Below are positions 45,436-54,038 of a stretch of 64,000 nucleotides of DNA, in pieces (position 1 is the stretch's first letter; each line of letters opens with the position of its first letter). A program made the translations under genes and the position numbers. Source of the stretch: a virus; the IMG/VR virus record IMGVR_UViG_3300045996_001242, positions 1 through 64,000 of that record, one strand, 5' to 3'. The notes beneath the pieces were generated by a model. The model searched no databases and was not told the origin of the DNA. It worked only from the letters and a program-made list of their open reading frames with translations.

Positions 45436-46167
45436 TCAGGCGTAGAACTGGCGCAGATGATCCAGGAGGAGCTGCGCGTCGTTGTCCATGTAGGTCTGCT
45501 TCGGGGTGAAGAGGCCCATGGGAGAGCGGATGCGTTCGCCGACCGTGCCTTTGGTCAGCCGGGTCTGGAAGACGTGCTTGTAGCCAAGCTCGCGGTCCTC
45601 ATCGGTGATGGTGAGGAGATCCGACCCGTACTTCTCGAGCTCGCGGAGATCGACCTTCTTGGTCGACACCACGGTCGAGAAATAGGCTTCGATGCCGTTG
45701 TTCTTGAGCGCGCCCTTGATGGGGACGGCCCGTTCCATGATGTGGCTCGACTCGTTGAGCTCGGCCCTGGTGTGACCCAGGATGATGACGGGCTTGCCGA
45801 AGTTGACGACCTTGTCCTGCATCAGGTTCTTGAAGAACTGGGCATAGGCCGACCACTGCTTCTGGGTGTCCGCGGCGCCGATGATGTAGACGCTCTCGAA
45901 CATGTCCATGAGGAAGGTCGCGGTGTCGATGATGACGCCGTCCACCTTCTCGGGCACGTTCACCATGGCGTGGTCGAAGGCCTCGTAGACCTGGTAGGGG
46001 TCGACGATCTTCAGGCTCCAGAACTTGTTCTGGAACGGTAGGCGCTTCCCGGCCTCGCAGTTGAGGTACATCCACCTCTCCTGGTTCGGGATGTTGCGTA
46101 AGCTCGCCGACTTGCCGGATCCCGACTCGCCTGAGATGAGTACGAGCTGGGTGTTAATCTCTTCCAT
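45436..46167 (-). CDS. Sak4-like AAA ATPase (N4 gp44-like)
   Basis: GESGSGKS Walker A, LNCEAGKRLPF, VIID and GIEAYFSTVV. Confidence 0.85.
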   Translation of the reverse strand: MEEINTQLVLISGESGSGKSASLRNIPNQERWMYLNCEAGKRLPFQNKFWSLKIVDPYQVYEAFDHAMVNVPEKVDGVIIDTATFLMDMFESVYIIGAADTQKQWSAYAQFFKNLMQDKVVNFGKPVIILGHTRAELNESSHIMERAVPIKGALKNNGIEAYFSTVVSTKKVDLRELEKYGSDLLTITDEDRELGYKHVFQTRLTKGTVGERIRSPMGLFTPKQTYMDNDAQLLLDHLRQFYA

Positions 46168-46228
46168 AGTTTCCTCAGTGTTGCGGGGGTATCGGCGATG
46201 CGAAGCCCAGAAAAGGAAGCCTGATTGC

Positions 46229-48397
46229 TCAGGCTTCTCCCTGATACTTCTTGGCGACGGTGATCATGATGGTCGAGTCTACCTCTTGTTCGTCCATCGG
46301 GCTCGCCAATTTCTTGTTGAACGCATGAACTTGATCACGCACGGCGGGGAGCTCCCAGCCGGAGTCGACCAGGCAGAGGGCATACTTGATCATCTGGTTG
46401 TTACGGTTGCCGTTGCCGATGCGTTCGGCGAACCAGCGTTCCAGATTGTCGAGCGAGTCGAGCTGCTGGCTCTGCTTGCGCCGCTCTTCGTTCCGGCTCG
46501 TCTTGGGGATGAAGTAGGAGGCGTCGAGGAGCTTGCCCTCGTTGTAGTGGTAGGAGCCACCGTGGAACGACTCCGACTTCTTCTCCCGCTTGATGTAGCT
46601 CTCGTCGGTCCCGAAGGGGAGCCATGCGAAGATCCCTCGCATGAACTCCTTGTATTCCTCGTTGTCGAGCTCGAGCCGGTAGTTGATCGGCAGCAGCATC
46701 CGGAAGCGATCGCGGACCTCGCCATTCTCGTCCGGCACCTGATGACGCTTCGTCGTGTAGGTCAGGAACCTATAGTCCGCCATCAGCTCCTGAGCTGCCT
46801 GGAGGGAGATCCCTTCATCCACGTCGATGGCGATCATGTTGAAGCCGGCGATGACGTTCTCTTCGGCCCGGTGACCTTGCTTGAAGTGATGGTTGACCCA
46901 GTGCTTGCCCTCGGCTTGCGTGAGGACGTGCAGCTGGTCGAACGGCACCTCTTCGGTGAGATAGTCGTAGGCCCAGTGGTCCGAGTAGGAGACCACCATC
47001 TTCGATAGATCGGTCTCCTCGAGCGTCTCGCCCTTGAAGAACTCGATGCCGTCGACGAACGTCTTCTTGATGATGACGTTGTTCCGGTAGCCCCAGCCCA
47101 TCGCCAGCATCATCATGTCGTTCCGCGGGCTCTGGGCCCTCGGGTAGAAGGGAAGTTTCTCGTGGATGTCGGCGTGGGTCTGCTCCATGCCGACCTGGGC
47201 GATGTACTTGGCGAGCTTCACGTAGGTCATCTCGCGGCTGAGGATCTTCTGGAAGGCTGCCCCCGACTCCTCGACGAGCTTGATGGCTGCGTGGAGGTGG
47301 CTGAGCTCGATCAGCGTGGACCCATCGACGAAGGCGAAGGCGCCGGCGAGCTTGAGGGCCTTGGAGTGACGATGCTCCATCTCGGCCTTCTTGATCTCCT
47401 CGTGCTCGCCCATCTCGTGCGACAGCTTGAGGCAGTTGTCGTGGTATTCGATGAGCTCGATGCCGACGTCGTCGATGACTTCGACACGCCAGCCGAAGAT
47501 CGCCGGATCCGCGAGCTTCTCGAACACCTGATACCACTTGTTCACGGCCGCGCTGTTGGCCGGATCGATACGCATGGCGTACTTCTCCGCGGCCGAGAGC
47601 TGACCGCCGGCGAGCGACTTGGTGCCCATCCCGAAGATGCAGCGGCGGGCATAGCCGGTCTCGAGGAGCGAGTAGAACTCGGTCTCGGTCTGGCCGCCGT
47701 CGAAGAGCTTCGAGGGGGTGCCGAACAGCAGCATGTTGGTCGGGGTGGAGCCATCGAGCTCCTCGCCACGCTGGTTGTCGGAGGTGTTCTTCACCAACTT
47801 GATGTTGATGAGCCCGTTGTCATAGAGCTCGAGGAAGGCGGTGAGGACTTCCGTCTCGCGCAGGAGGTTCGAGCCGATCTCGTCGATCTGCATGTTGATC
47901 GATCCGGCGCCGGCGATGAGCAGCTTCTGACGCAGCTGCTTGACGGCAGGGGTGGTGCCCGAGTCGAAGGTGAAGGGGTAGGCGCCGTAGGAGCGGTACT
48001 CCTTGTTGACCTTGTCGAATTCTTCCTGCTGGTCGGTGCCGTTGCGGGCCGCCCGGTTGTTGGCGAGGACCCACATGTTCTGCTCGGCGATGACCGGCAG
48101 GGTGTCCTCCATGAAGCGGGTTTTGAAGCCCTTGAGGAGCTCGTTCTCCATCACATGGATCGAGTGACCCTTGCCGAAGCCGGATGGAGCCAGGCCAAGC
48201 GCATAGACGTTGACCGGCATCTCGCCGCGGTCCTTGGTGATGATCGTCGCACGCATGGTGCCGGCGATCTTGCCAATGAAGTAGGCGACCTCGGCCTGGA
48301 AGAAGCTACGGTCCTCCTGCTGGGTCTTGGCGCAGAGAACGTCGACGGTCTCGGTGATGACCGGGTGGTGCTGAACGGTGGCGAGATCAGGCAACAT
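46229..48397 (-). CDS. DNA primase (N4 gp43-like)
   Basis: APSGFGKGHS, FDSGTTPAVKQ, IAIDVD, YTTKRH and GNRNN; likely start MLPDL at 48397. Confidence 0.85.
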   Translation of the reverse strand: MLPDLATVQHHPVITETVDVLCAKTQQEDRSFFQAEVAYFIGKIAGTMRATIITKDRGEMPVNVYALGLAPSGFGKGHSIHVMENELLKGFKTRFMEDTLPVIAEQNMWVLANNRAARNGTDQQEEFDKVNKEYRSYGAYPFTFDSGTTPAVKQLRQKLLIAGAGSINMQIDEIGSNLLRETEVLTAFLELYDNGLINIKLVKNTSDNQRGEELDGSTPTNMLLFGTPSKLFDGGQTETEFYSLLETGYARRCIFGMGTKSLAGGQLSAAEKYAMRIDPANSAAVNKWYQVFEKLADPAIFGWRVEVIDDVGIELIEYHDNCLKLSHEMGEHEEIKKAEMEHRHSKALKLAGAFAFVDGSTLIELSHLHAAIKLVEESGAAFQKILSREMTYVKLAKYIAQVGMEQTHADIHEKLPFYPRAQSPRNDMMMLAMGWGYRNNVIIKKTFVDGIEFFKGETLEETDLSKMVVSYSDHWAYDYLTEEVPFDQLHVLTQAEGKHWVNHHFKQGHRAEENVIAGFNMIAIDVDEGISLQAAQELMADYRFLTYTTKRHQVPDENGEVRDRFRMLLPINYRLELDNEEYKEFMRGIFAWLPFGTDESYIKREKKSESFHGGSYHYNEGKLLDASYFIPKTSRNEERRKQSQQLDSLDNLERWFAERIGNGNRNNQMIKYALCLVDSGWELPAVRDQVHAFNKKLASPMDEQEVDSTIMITVAKKYQGEA

Positions 48398-49367
48398 AGT
48401 AGAGATCTTTCTGCTTGCAGGCGTTGAACGCCGGGCAGAACTCGCAGGCCCGCACCTCACCAGGGACGGCGATGACGGTGCCCTTACCCTTGCTCGCCAG
48501 GAAGGCGTGGGCTTCGGCTTTGTCATCGAAATTCTTGGTGGAGCGGCCCGAGGTTTTGCTCGCGTCGGCGTAGTATTTGTAGACGGTCTCCCCACGCCAA
48601 AGCTCCTTATCGGTGCATTGCGGGATCTGCTCGTCCGGGGCGTTCTGGTACTTCCTGAGCTCGCGCAGCTTGGCGATGATGAACTGCTCGGTGGCCTCGA
48701 TCGAGGGCAGCTCGACCGGGTACTCGATCGCCTTGGTCTGCGGGTAGTCAGGGTCGTTACGGGCCCGGGCCTTCTGCCAGTCGGTGAAGATGAACTGGAT
48801 GTAGATGTGGTCCGAGGTGATCAGCTCAGGGTTGAGCCAGCGATAGATGCCGCCCTGCCAGGCGTAGTCGTCGTCCTTGCGACCCAGGAGGTAGGCGTAG
48901 ACCGACGTCGACTTGGCATCGAACAGCCGGCCCTCGAGCACGAGGTCGTACTTGCCGCCGATCTTGTAGGTGACGCCGTCGACCTCGATCTCGCGGAAGG
49001 CCCGCTGCTCCATCCAGACCGGCACGATCGCCGGATTGGCGGCCACCTGTTCAGGTGTCGGGTTGACGATGATGTTGTTGGCGATGTGGTCGGGGTAGCC
49101 GAGCTTCTTCATCGCCCTGGTTCCCGAGACGGTCCACGCCTTCTCGATCGAGTCGTGGATGGCAGTGCCCATCCGCGAGGCAAGAAAGGCGCTGATGTCG
49201 AGCTCGCGCTCGTCCTGGTTCACCCGCCGGCCGAGGACCAGCTGACGAGTGCTCTTCAGCATGCTCGTCGCCGAGATGTAATTCGGCTCGTCGATGTAGT
49301 CGTATTCGTCGTGGAGGAGCCACACGGCGAGCGGCAGGCTGATGCCGTGGATGTTCGTCAGTTTCAT
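48387..49367 (-). CDS. PD-(D/E)XK exonuclease (N4 gp42-like)
   Basis: GTAIHD, GGKYDLV..LFDAKSTS, QGGIY and a C-terminal Cys cluster. Confidence 0.85.
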   Translation of the reverse strand: MKLTNIHGISLPLAVWLLHDEYDYIDEPNYISATSMLKSTRQLVLGRRVNQDERELDISAFLASRMGTAIHDSIEKAWTVSGTRAMKKLGYPDHIANNIIVNPTPEQVAANPAIVPVWMEQRAFREIEVDGVTYKIGGKYDLVLEGRLFDAKSTSVYAYLLGRKDDDYAWQGGIYRWLNPELITSDHIYIQFIFTDWQKARARNDPDYPQTKAIEYPVELPSIEATEQFIIAKLRELRKYQNAPDEQIPQCTDKELWRGETVYKYYADASKTSGRSTKNFDDKAEAHAFLASKGKGTVIAVPGEVRACEFCPAFNACKQKDLYYVA

Positions 49368-49391
49368 TGAGGCCTCGAGCTAGACCGGGAT

Positions 49392-49476
49392 TGGTGGAAA
49401 GCCGTGGTTCCGCCCCACTCCCCCGTAGGGATCGGATTTACAATCCGATTGCCGAAACTACCGGCTTTGGCTTTCC
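49392..49476 (-). tRNA. Non-canonical tRNA-Tyr(GUA), 8/4 fold
   Basis: GGAAAGCC AAA GCCG GUAGUUU CGGC A AUCGGA UUGUAAA UCCGAU CCC UACG GGG GA GUGG GGCGGAA CCAC GGCUUUCC A CCA: full cloverleaf, encoded CCA, A73, variable arm. Confidence 0.8.
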
Positions 49477-49497
49477 TGGATTTGGAGGGCACGAAGC

Positions 49498-49518
49498 CAG
49501 GGGGCGAAACGCCCCCTG
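49498..49518 (-). terminator. Hairpin between the DUF5664 gene and the tRNA
   Basis: CAGGGGGC-GAAAC-GCCCCCTG, 8-bp stem; may be a processing or stabilising stem rather than a terminator. Confidence 0.4.
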
Positions 49519-49552
49519 ACGTCATGGTGATTTTCTTGATAATCGGGTGGGA

Positions 49553-50104
49553 TTAAGGGTCCACCCAGGCGCCCCGTGGGAGAGGCAGGTTGAACTCTTT
49601 CTCGAGCTCTTCCTGCAGGAGCGCCAAAGCCCTCCAAGCCAAAGCAGCGCTCTCCCGGGTGTCCCCGTCGAAGCCGCCGCGGCCGGCGAGGTGCCTCATG
49701 ATGCAGTCGGCATGGTCCATGGACTTGCCGCGGGAGTGGTGCATCGGCTGGCCGGGATTATGCTTCTGGTTCCCGAGGTAGGAGATCCTGGCGACCTCGG
49801 CCAAGGCGTCCGGGAAATAGTCGAGGAGCCCAGCGGCCATCGGATACTGTTTGCGCTCGGCGCTGGTCGTCTCGAGGAGACGCTTACGCTGCGGAGCTGC
49901 CGGGGTGACGAGCGTCGGAGGAGTAATCTCCCCCTGGTAAACCGGCTCCATGTTGGCATGGTTCAAGGTGTCCTGGATCAGCTGCTCATTGAGCACGTCC
50001 AGCTTGATCCCGAGCACCGGCGGCTCACGATCGCGGCCGCACTCCAGGCATTTCCCATTAGCCCAGATGCAGTGGCCGTTGCAGTCATCAGCCTTGGCCA
50101 TCAC
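49553..50104 (-). CDS. dATP/dGTP diphosphohydrolase (DUF5664) domain protein
   Basis: LLDYFPDALAEVARISYLGNQKH, CIMRHL and LAWRALALLQ; N-terminal Cys-rich segment. Confidence 0.75.
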   Translation of the reverse strand: MMAKADDCNGHCIWANGKCLECGRDREPPVLGIKLDVLNEQLIQDTLNHANMEPVYQGEITPPTLVTPAAPQRKRLLETTSAERKQYPMAAGLLDYFPDALAEVARISYLGNQKHNPGQPMHHSRGKSMDHADCIMRHLAGRGGFDGDTRESAALAWRALALLQEELEKEFNLPLPRGAWVDP

Positions 50105-50394
50105 TTCGGCTCCCCGGCTTCAGTCGCGAAAGAGCCCTCGAATTGCTCTTCGGTCATCTCCCCGAGGTGGCTGACCGAGAGCAGGAAGACGTCGACGATC
50201 TTGCCGCCCTTCTCCTGCGGGGTCTCGCTGACGAAGCGGCGCATCAGGCCGTCCTGGGCCGCGGCCATGTCCTCGCGGGCGAAGAATGGCTGGGTGGTTC
50301 GGACCAGGGTGTTGAGGCCCTTCTGGCCGATCTGCCCCTTGGGTCCGGCGGCAAGGACGTTGCCCGCGACGAGCCAATAGTGCTTGGCGCTCAT
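50101..50394 (-). CDS. Hypothetical protein (97 aa)
   Basis: MSAKHYWLVAG...VSHLGEMTEEQF; GGAGAG RBS. Confidence 0.7.
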   Translation of the reverse strand: MSAKHYWLVAGNVLAAGPKGQIGQKGLNTLVRTTQPFFAREDMAAAQDGLMRRFVSETPQEKGGKIVDVFLLSVSHLGEMTEEQFEGSFATEAGEPK

Positions 50395-50540
50395 GGTGGA
50401 ATTCTCTCCGGGATTTACGACAGAACCGATCGGCGAGTCGCTGTGGCACGACTTGTAATCGATCAGAGTTTCTATCATAGGGGATTATCTCGAAACTGAC
50501 CACAATTAAGTGTGGTGATTTTCAGAGAAAATCAGGAGCT

Positions 50541-50667
50541 ACTAGATCTAGTGGGTTGGCCGTCTCTCCGGCCTGTCACGCGCTCTGTTCGTCGGCGTTC
50601 ACGTCCGGTTGCTCCGCATTTGATTCCGCTGCAGCAACCGGCAAGGAGCCCGGAATTCCTAGCCCGC
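50541..50667 (-). ncRNA. Candidate structured RNA 3' of the DNA polymerase gene
   Basis: 9-bp stem CCGGTTGCT/AGCAACCGG, ACGUG/CGCGU stem, GGCCG-GAGAGA-CGGCC hairpin and ACTAGATCTAGT palindrome. Confidence 0.4.
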
Positions 50668-53352
50668 CTAAGCGGCGAGCTTCATCACGTGTCCCTCGAA
50701 GGCCTCGTAGATCTGAGCCTGGGAGGCATTGTTGGGGATCGAGATCTCCGAGCTCCAGTCGGGGTAGAAGATCGAGAACTCGCCCCCGAGCTTCACCTCC
50801 TCGTGCCAGATGTCCGGGTGGTTCTGCCACTCGCACGCCTTGACCAGGTGAGTGTTGGTGTACTCGATGGCGTCGACGTTGTCCCGGACCAGGCAGTAGT
50901 TGGCGTCGTGGATCTGGGCGCACGGCCGGATGTCGTGGCGGAACTCGCTCTTGCGGACCTTGCCGTAGAACTCAGAGCCCGCTCTCGAGTTGAGCAGGCA
51001 CCAGGACTGCCCGAGGGCGTTCCCCGCTGTACGGCCTTCCGCTTCAGCCTGGTAGGGCGTTTTGGTCGTGCCGAGCACCGTACGGTGCAGGAGCGGCGTC
51101 CGTACCCTCAGCCCGAAGGCCACGGTCACATAGCCGTCCTTGCAGGCCTGAGCCAGCTTCGCCTGGATCCAGTTGTCCGAGACCACGTAGAGCTCGTGGT
51201 AACTCTTCTCGACCGCCTTGGCTTTCGCTTCCGGCCAGCCTAGGGCGTTCATGATCCCCATATAGGTCCCGCCGTAGGTCAGGAGAAACGTCGGCACCTT
51301 CGAGTCCTGGCGCAGCGCCGGGTACTTCTCCTGGATCGAGTTGATCAGCTCGACCGTCATGTCGAGGTTCAGGAACGCCGGCATCTGGTCGGCGAAGTAG
51401 CTGTGGGCCCGCAACGAGTGGCCGTCATAGCCATCCGTATAGACCTTGAGCTTGTTCGGGTCCTTCGTGGTGAGCGCCGAGATCCGGTCCTCGAGGGATG
51501 CGAAGTCGATGCCGCAGAAGAACCAGCCCGGAGGCGCCTGGAAGCAGTATTTGATCAGCTTGCCCAGGCTCAGCTTGCCCTTCTTGGCGTACCGCTGGAG
51601 GAGCGGGAAGCGATCGAGGAGCGCCTGCATGATCTTCATCTCGACGTTGGCCGGGATGTTCTGGAGGTTCGGGTCGCTCGACGAGAGCCGTCCGGAGACG
51701 GTGCCGCCGAGGTTGAAGTTCCCGAACAGCCAGTGCCACCCGTCAGGCCCCAGCTGGGCGCCTTTGAGGGCCGGGATGAAGGTCTCGAGGATGGTTGCGA
51801 CAGCGCTGTATTCCATCAGCGCGGTCAGGAAGTCCTTCACCTCCTGGCTCTGGGCATGGTTGATCAGCTTCTCGAGAGTCTTGCCGCCGGTCGCCGGCTG
51901 CTTGGTGTCCGTCCGGTCGATGACCGGCAGCCCCAGGTCTTCGTAGAGGAGCTTCTGCAGCTGCGGACCCGAGTTCGGGTTGAACGTCACCTCTTTGCGA
52001 GTCGGCTCGTGGGTCTTGGCGAGCTCGCCCATCTCGGCGACGGTCATGCGCTTCTTGACCCACTCGGCGTTCATCTTCGCCGTGTAGGCCTCGAGACGCT
52101 GGTACTCGAACTGCTGGATCATCGGCAGCTGCAGCATCCTGGCCCGGGCGTCTTCGGAGAGCGTGAGCAGGATCTCTTCGACCTGCAGCACCCGCTCCAT
52201 GTTGACGGGCATGCCGGTCAGCTGCATCTGGATGATGTCGACGATCGCCGGCTTGAAGATCGTCTCGTAGATCTCGAGCTGGTTGTCCTTGACCATCCGC
52301 TGGTAGTGCTTCTCGTGGACGAACCAGGTCGAGAGACCATCGACGAGATTGTACTGCAGCAGCTGCGGCAGCGGGATCTTGCGGATGTCCTTGATGTCTT
52401 CCTGGGCATAGTCCCCGGCGTATTCCTGGGCCTGGATCTTGAGCTTGAGCTCGTTCTTGCCGGCGCAGGAATTGGTGGCCAGGTACGTGATGAGCTTAGT
52501 GTCGTCCCAGTTGCGCAGCATCACCTCGAGCCCATGCAGGAGCCCCTCGTTGTCGAGCAGGTCCTTCATGAACAGCTGGTAGATCAGCACGTAAACGTCG
52601 AAGCTGATGTTGTGGTAGATGGCCTTGCGCTTGAAGCGCTCGAAGAAGCTCCTCAACAGGGTCCGGCAGGCCGCCGAGTAGGCAGGGTCGTCGAGGATGT
52701 CGACCGGGAAGCAGATCCCCTCTGACTTCGACCAGGAGAACGAGATCGTCCCGATGCCGGCCGAGTAGTGCTTGAGCGAGAAGGTCTCGGTGTCGATTGC
52801 CAGGTCTTTGTCCATGTCGAGCAGGCGCTCGAGCCAGAGGGAGATCTCCTGGATCGTCTGGGGGTACTCGCAGAACTTGATGATATCGATGCCGGGATCG
52901 GTGTAGGTCCCCAGCATCCAGCGGATCAGGGCGTTGATGCTGGTGTTGATCTTTTGGGGCACCTTCACCGGATCGTAGTAGATCGAGAGGTAGGCGGGCA
53001 CGTAGACCAGGTGCCAGTCGCCGAACTCGGTAGCGAAGACGTAGCCGAGCACCGGGTCGATCTTCTGGACCTTGGTGAAGGTCTTGAAGTAGTCGCCGTC
53101 AGCGACGATGAGGTACTGGACGCCGAGCCCCTCGAGGGTCGGCTTGAGCTCGTCGAGGATGTACTGCTTGCGCTCGGCGGCCGGGGTGCTCTTCTTGCCG
53201 GGGCTCTGGTGGAGGGTGATGACGATGATGTCGTCTTCCCTGAGCCCGTAGGGCGTCACGTATGCCCGGAGGATTTCGTCCCTTTTGATCTCGTTGACGA
53301 GGATGGCGATCTTGTAGGTGGGCCGCTCAGGGCCGAAAGTCAGGTATCGCAA
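50668..53352 (-). CDS. Family A DNA polymerase (N4 gp39-like)
   Basis: Exo AIDTETF, GTVSGRLSSSDPNLQN, motif A DFASLE, motif B RQDSKVPTFLLTYG, motif C QIHDA; TTG start. Confidence 0.95.
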   Translation of the reverse strand: MRYLTFGPERPTYKIAILVNEIKRDEILRAYVTPYGLREDDIIVITLHQSPGKKSTPAAERKQYILDELKPTLEGLGVQYLIVADGDYFKTFTKVQKIDPVLGYVFATEFGDWHLVYVPAYLSIYYDPVKVPQKINTSINALIRWMLGTYTDPGIDIIKFCEYPQTIQEISLWLERLLDMDKDLAIDTETFSLKHYSAGIGTISFSWSKSEGICFPVDILDDPAYSAACRTLLRSFFERFKRKAIYHNISFDVYVLIYQLFMKDLLDNEGLLHGLEVMLRNWDDTKLITYLATNSCAGKNELKLKIQAQEYAGDYAQEDIKDIRKIPLPQLLQYNLVDGLSTWFVHEKHYQRMVKDNQLEIYETIFKPAIVDIIQMQLTGMPVNMERVLQVEEILLTLSEDARARMLQLPMIQQFEYQRLEAYTAKMNAEWVKKRMTVAEMGELAKTHEPTRKEVTFNPNSGPQLQKLLYEDLGLPVIDRTDTKQPATGGKTLEKLINHAQSQEVKDFLTALMEYSAVATILETFIPALKGAQLGPDGWHWLFGNFNLGGTVSGRLSSSDPNLQNIPANVEMKIMQALLDRFPLLQRYAKKGKLSLGKLIKYCFQAPPGWFFCGIDFASLEDRISALTTKDPNKLKVYTDGYDGHSLRAHSYFADQMPAFLNLDMTVELINSIQEKYPALRQDSKVPTFLLTYGGTYMGIMNALGWPEAKAKAVEKSYHELYVVSDNWIQAKLAQACKDGYVTVAFGLRVRTPLLHRTVLGTTKTPYQAEAEGRTAGNALGQSWCLLNSRAGSEFYGKVRKSEFRHDIRPCAQIHDANYCLVRDNVDAIEYTNTHLVKACEWQNHPDIWHEEVKLGGEFSIFYPDWSSEISIPNNASQAQIYEAFEGHVMKLAA

Positions 53353-53371
53353 TGTGGTTTCCCCCGGAGGT

Positions 53372-53502
53372 ACGACGGGTCACGAAGGGCGGGCGGCCCT
53401 TGCGCGCCGAGCCCTGTCCTCCCCAGTGATCGGTTGAGGAGGGCGGACCCTCGGTCTCTCACCGGCAGAGGGGGAGTAAGCCCGACCTTCGAAACCCGTC
53501 GT
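53372..53502 (-). promoter_or_regulatory. Multibranch structured 5' leader of the DNA polymerase gene
   Basis: Closing stems ACGACGGGT/ACCCGTCGT and CGAAGG/CCTTCG; inner CCUCCUCA/UGGGGAGG has a G-U pair on minus; ends ~20 nt before the TTG start. Confidence 0.55.
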
Positions 53503-53515
53503 GGGTGGCGATTAT

Positions 53516-54025
53516 CTAGTAAAGCAGACGAGACGCCACGTAAAATTCGATCTTATCCCGGAGCATCATATACTGAGAATATGCCCGGGGATTATCGCGG
53601 AGCGTGTAGGCTTCCTCTCTGGTTCGCGCAAGCCCTTTGGCAGTCGGAACCAGGTCCTGGAGGCAGTTGGGCAGAGCATCACGCACATCTTGTGGGGTGC
53701 GGGTGTCCTTGAGGACCAGATAGAGGGCCTGCTGGATCCTGGACCGGTCGGCCTCGATGACCCGGCGGACGGTCATTATCGAGCTCGCCTCGGGAGCCAG
53801 GTCAGAAGAGAGCCGATCGTATTTGCCGCGGGAAATGGCAGCACCCGTCAGCTGGGTGTAGACCTTCCCCATGTGCTTGAACCCGTCTCTCGATCCGCCC
53901 GCCGCCATGTGCTTGGCGACGAGCTTCTCCTCGCGTTGACGGAGATGCGCCTCCTCCCGTTCGAACAGGAAGTTCACGATGGTGTGGATGCTGTAGTAGA
54001 GGGCGCTTTGAGGGCTGTAAGCCAT
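53516..54025 (-). CDS. Conserved N4-like protein between helicase and polymerase
   Basis: QDVRDALPNCL motif and YVASRLLY end; synteny. Confidence 0.75.
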   Translation of the reverse strand: MAYSPQSALYYSIHTIVNFLFEREEAHLRQREEKLVAKHMAAGGSRDGFKHMGKVYTQLTGAAISRGKYDRLSSDLAPEASSIMTVRRVIEADRSRIQQALYLVLKDTRTPQDVRDALPNCLQDLVPTAKGLARTREEAYTLRDNPRAYSQYMMLRDKIEFYVASRLLY

Positions 54026-54038
54026 GGGGAAGATCCTC

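Noticed and set aside
49553-50104. Z-genome (2-aminoadenine) pathway
   Set aside because: Only the DUF5664 domain is seen; no purZ or datZ in the window.
50668-53352. Intein, intron or homing endonuclease in the polymerase (also checked terminase and helicase)
   Set aside because: Genes are continuous and of expected size, with no intein or HNH/LAGLIDADG motifs noticed.
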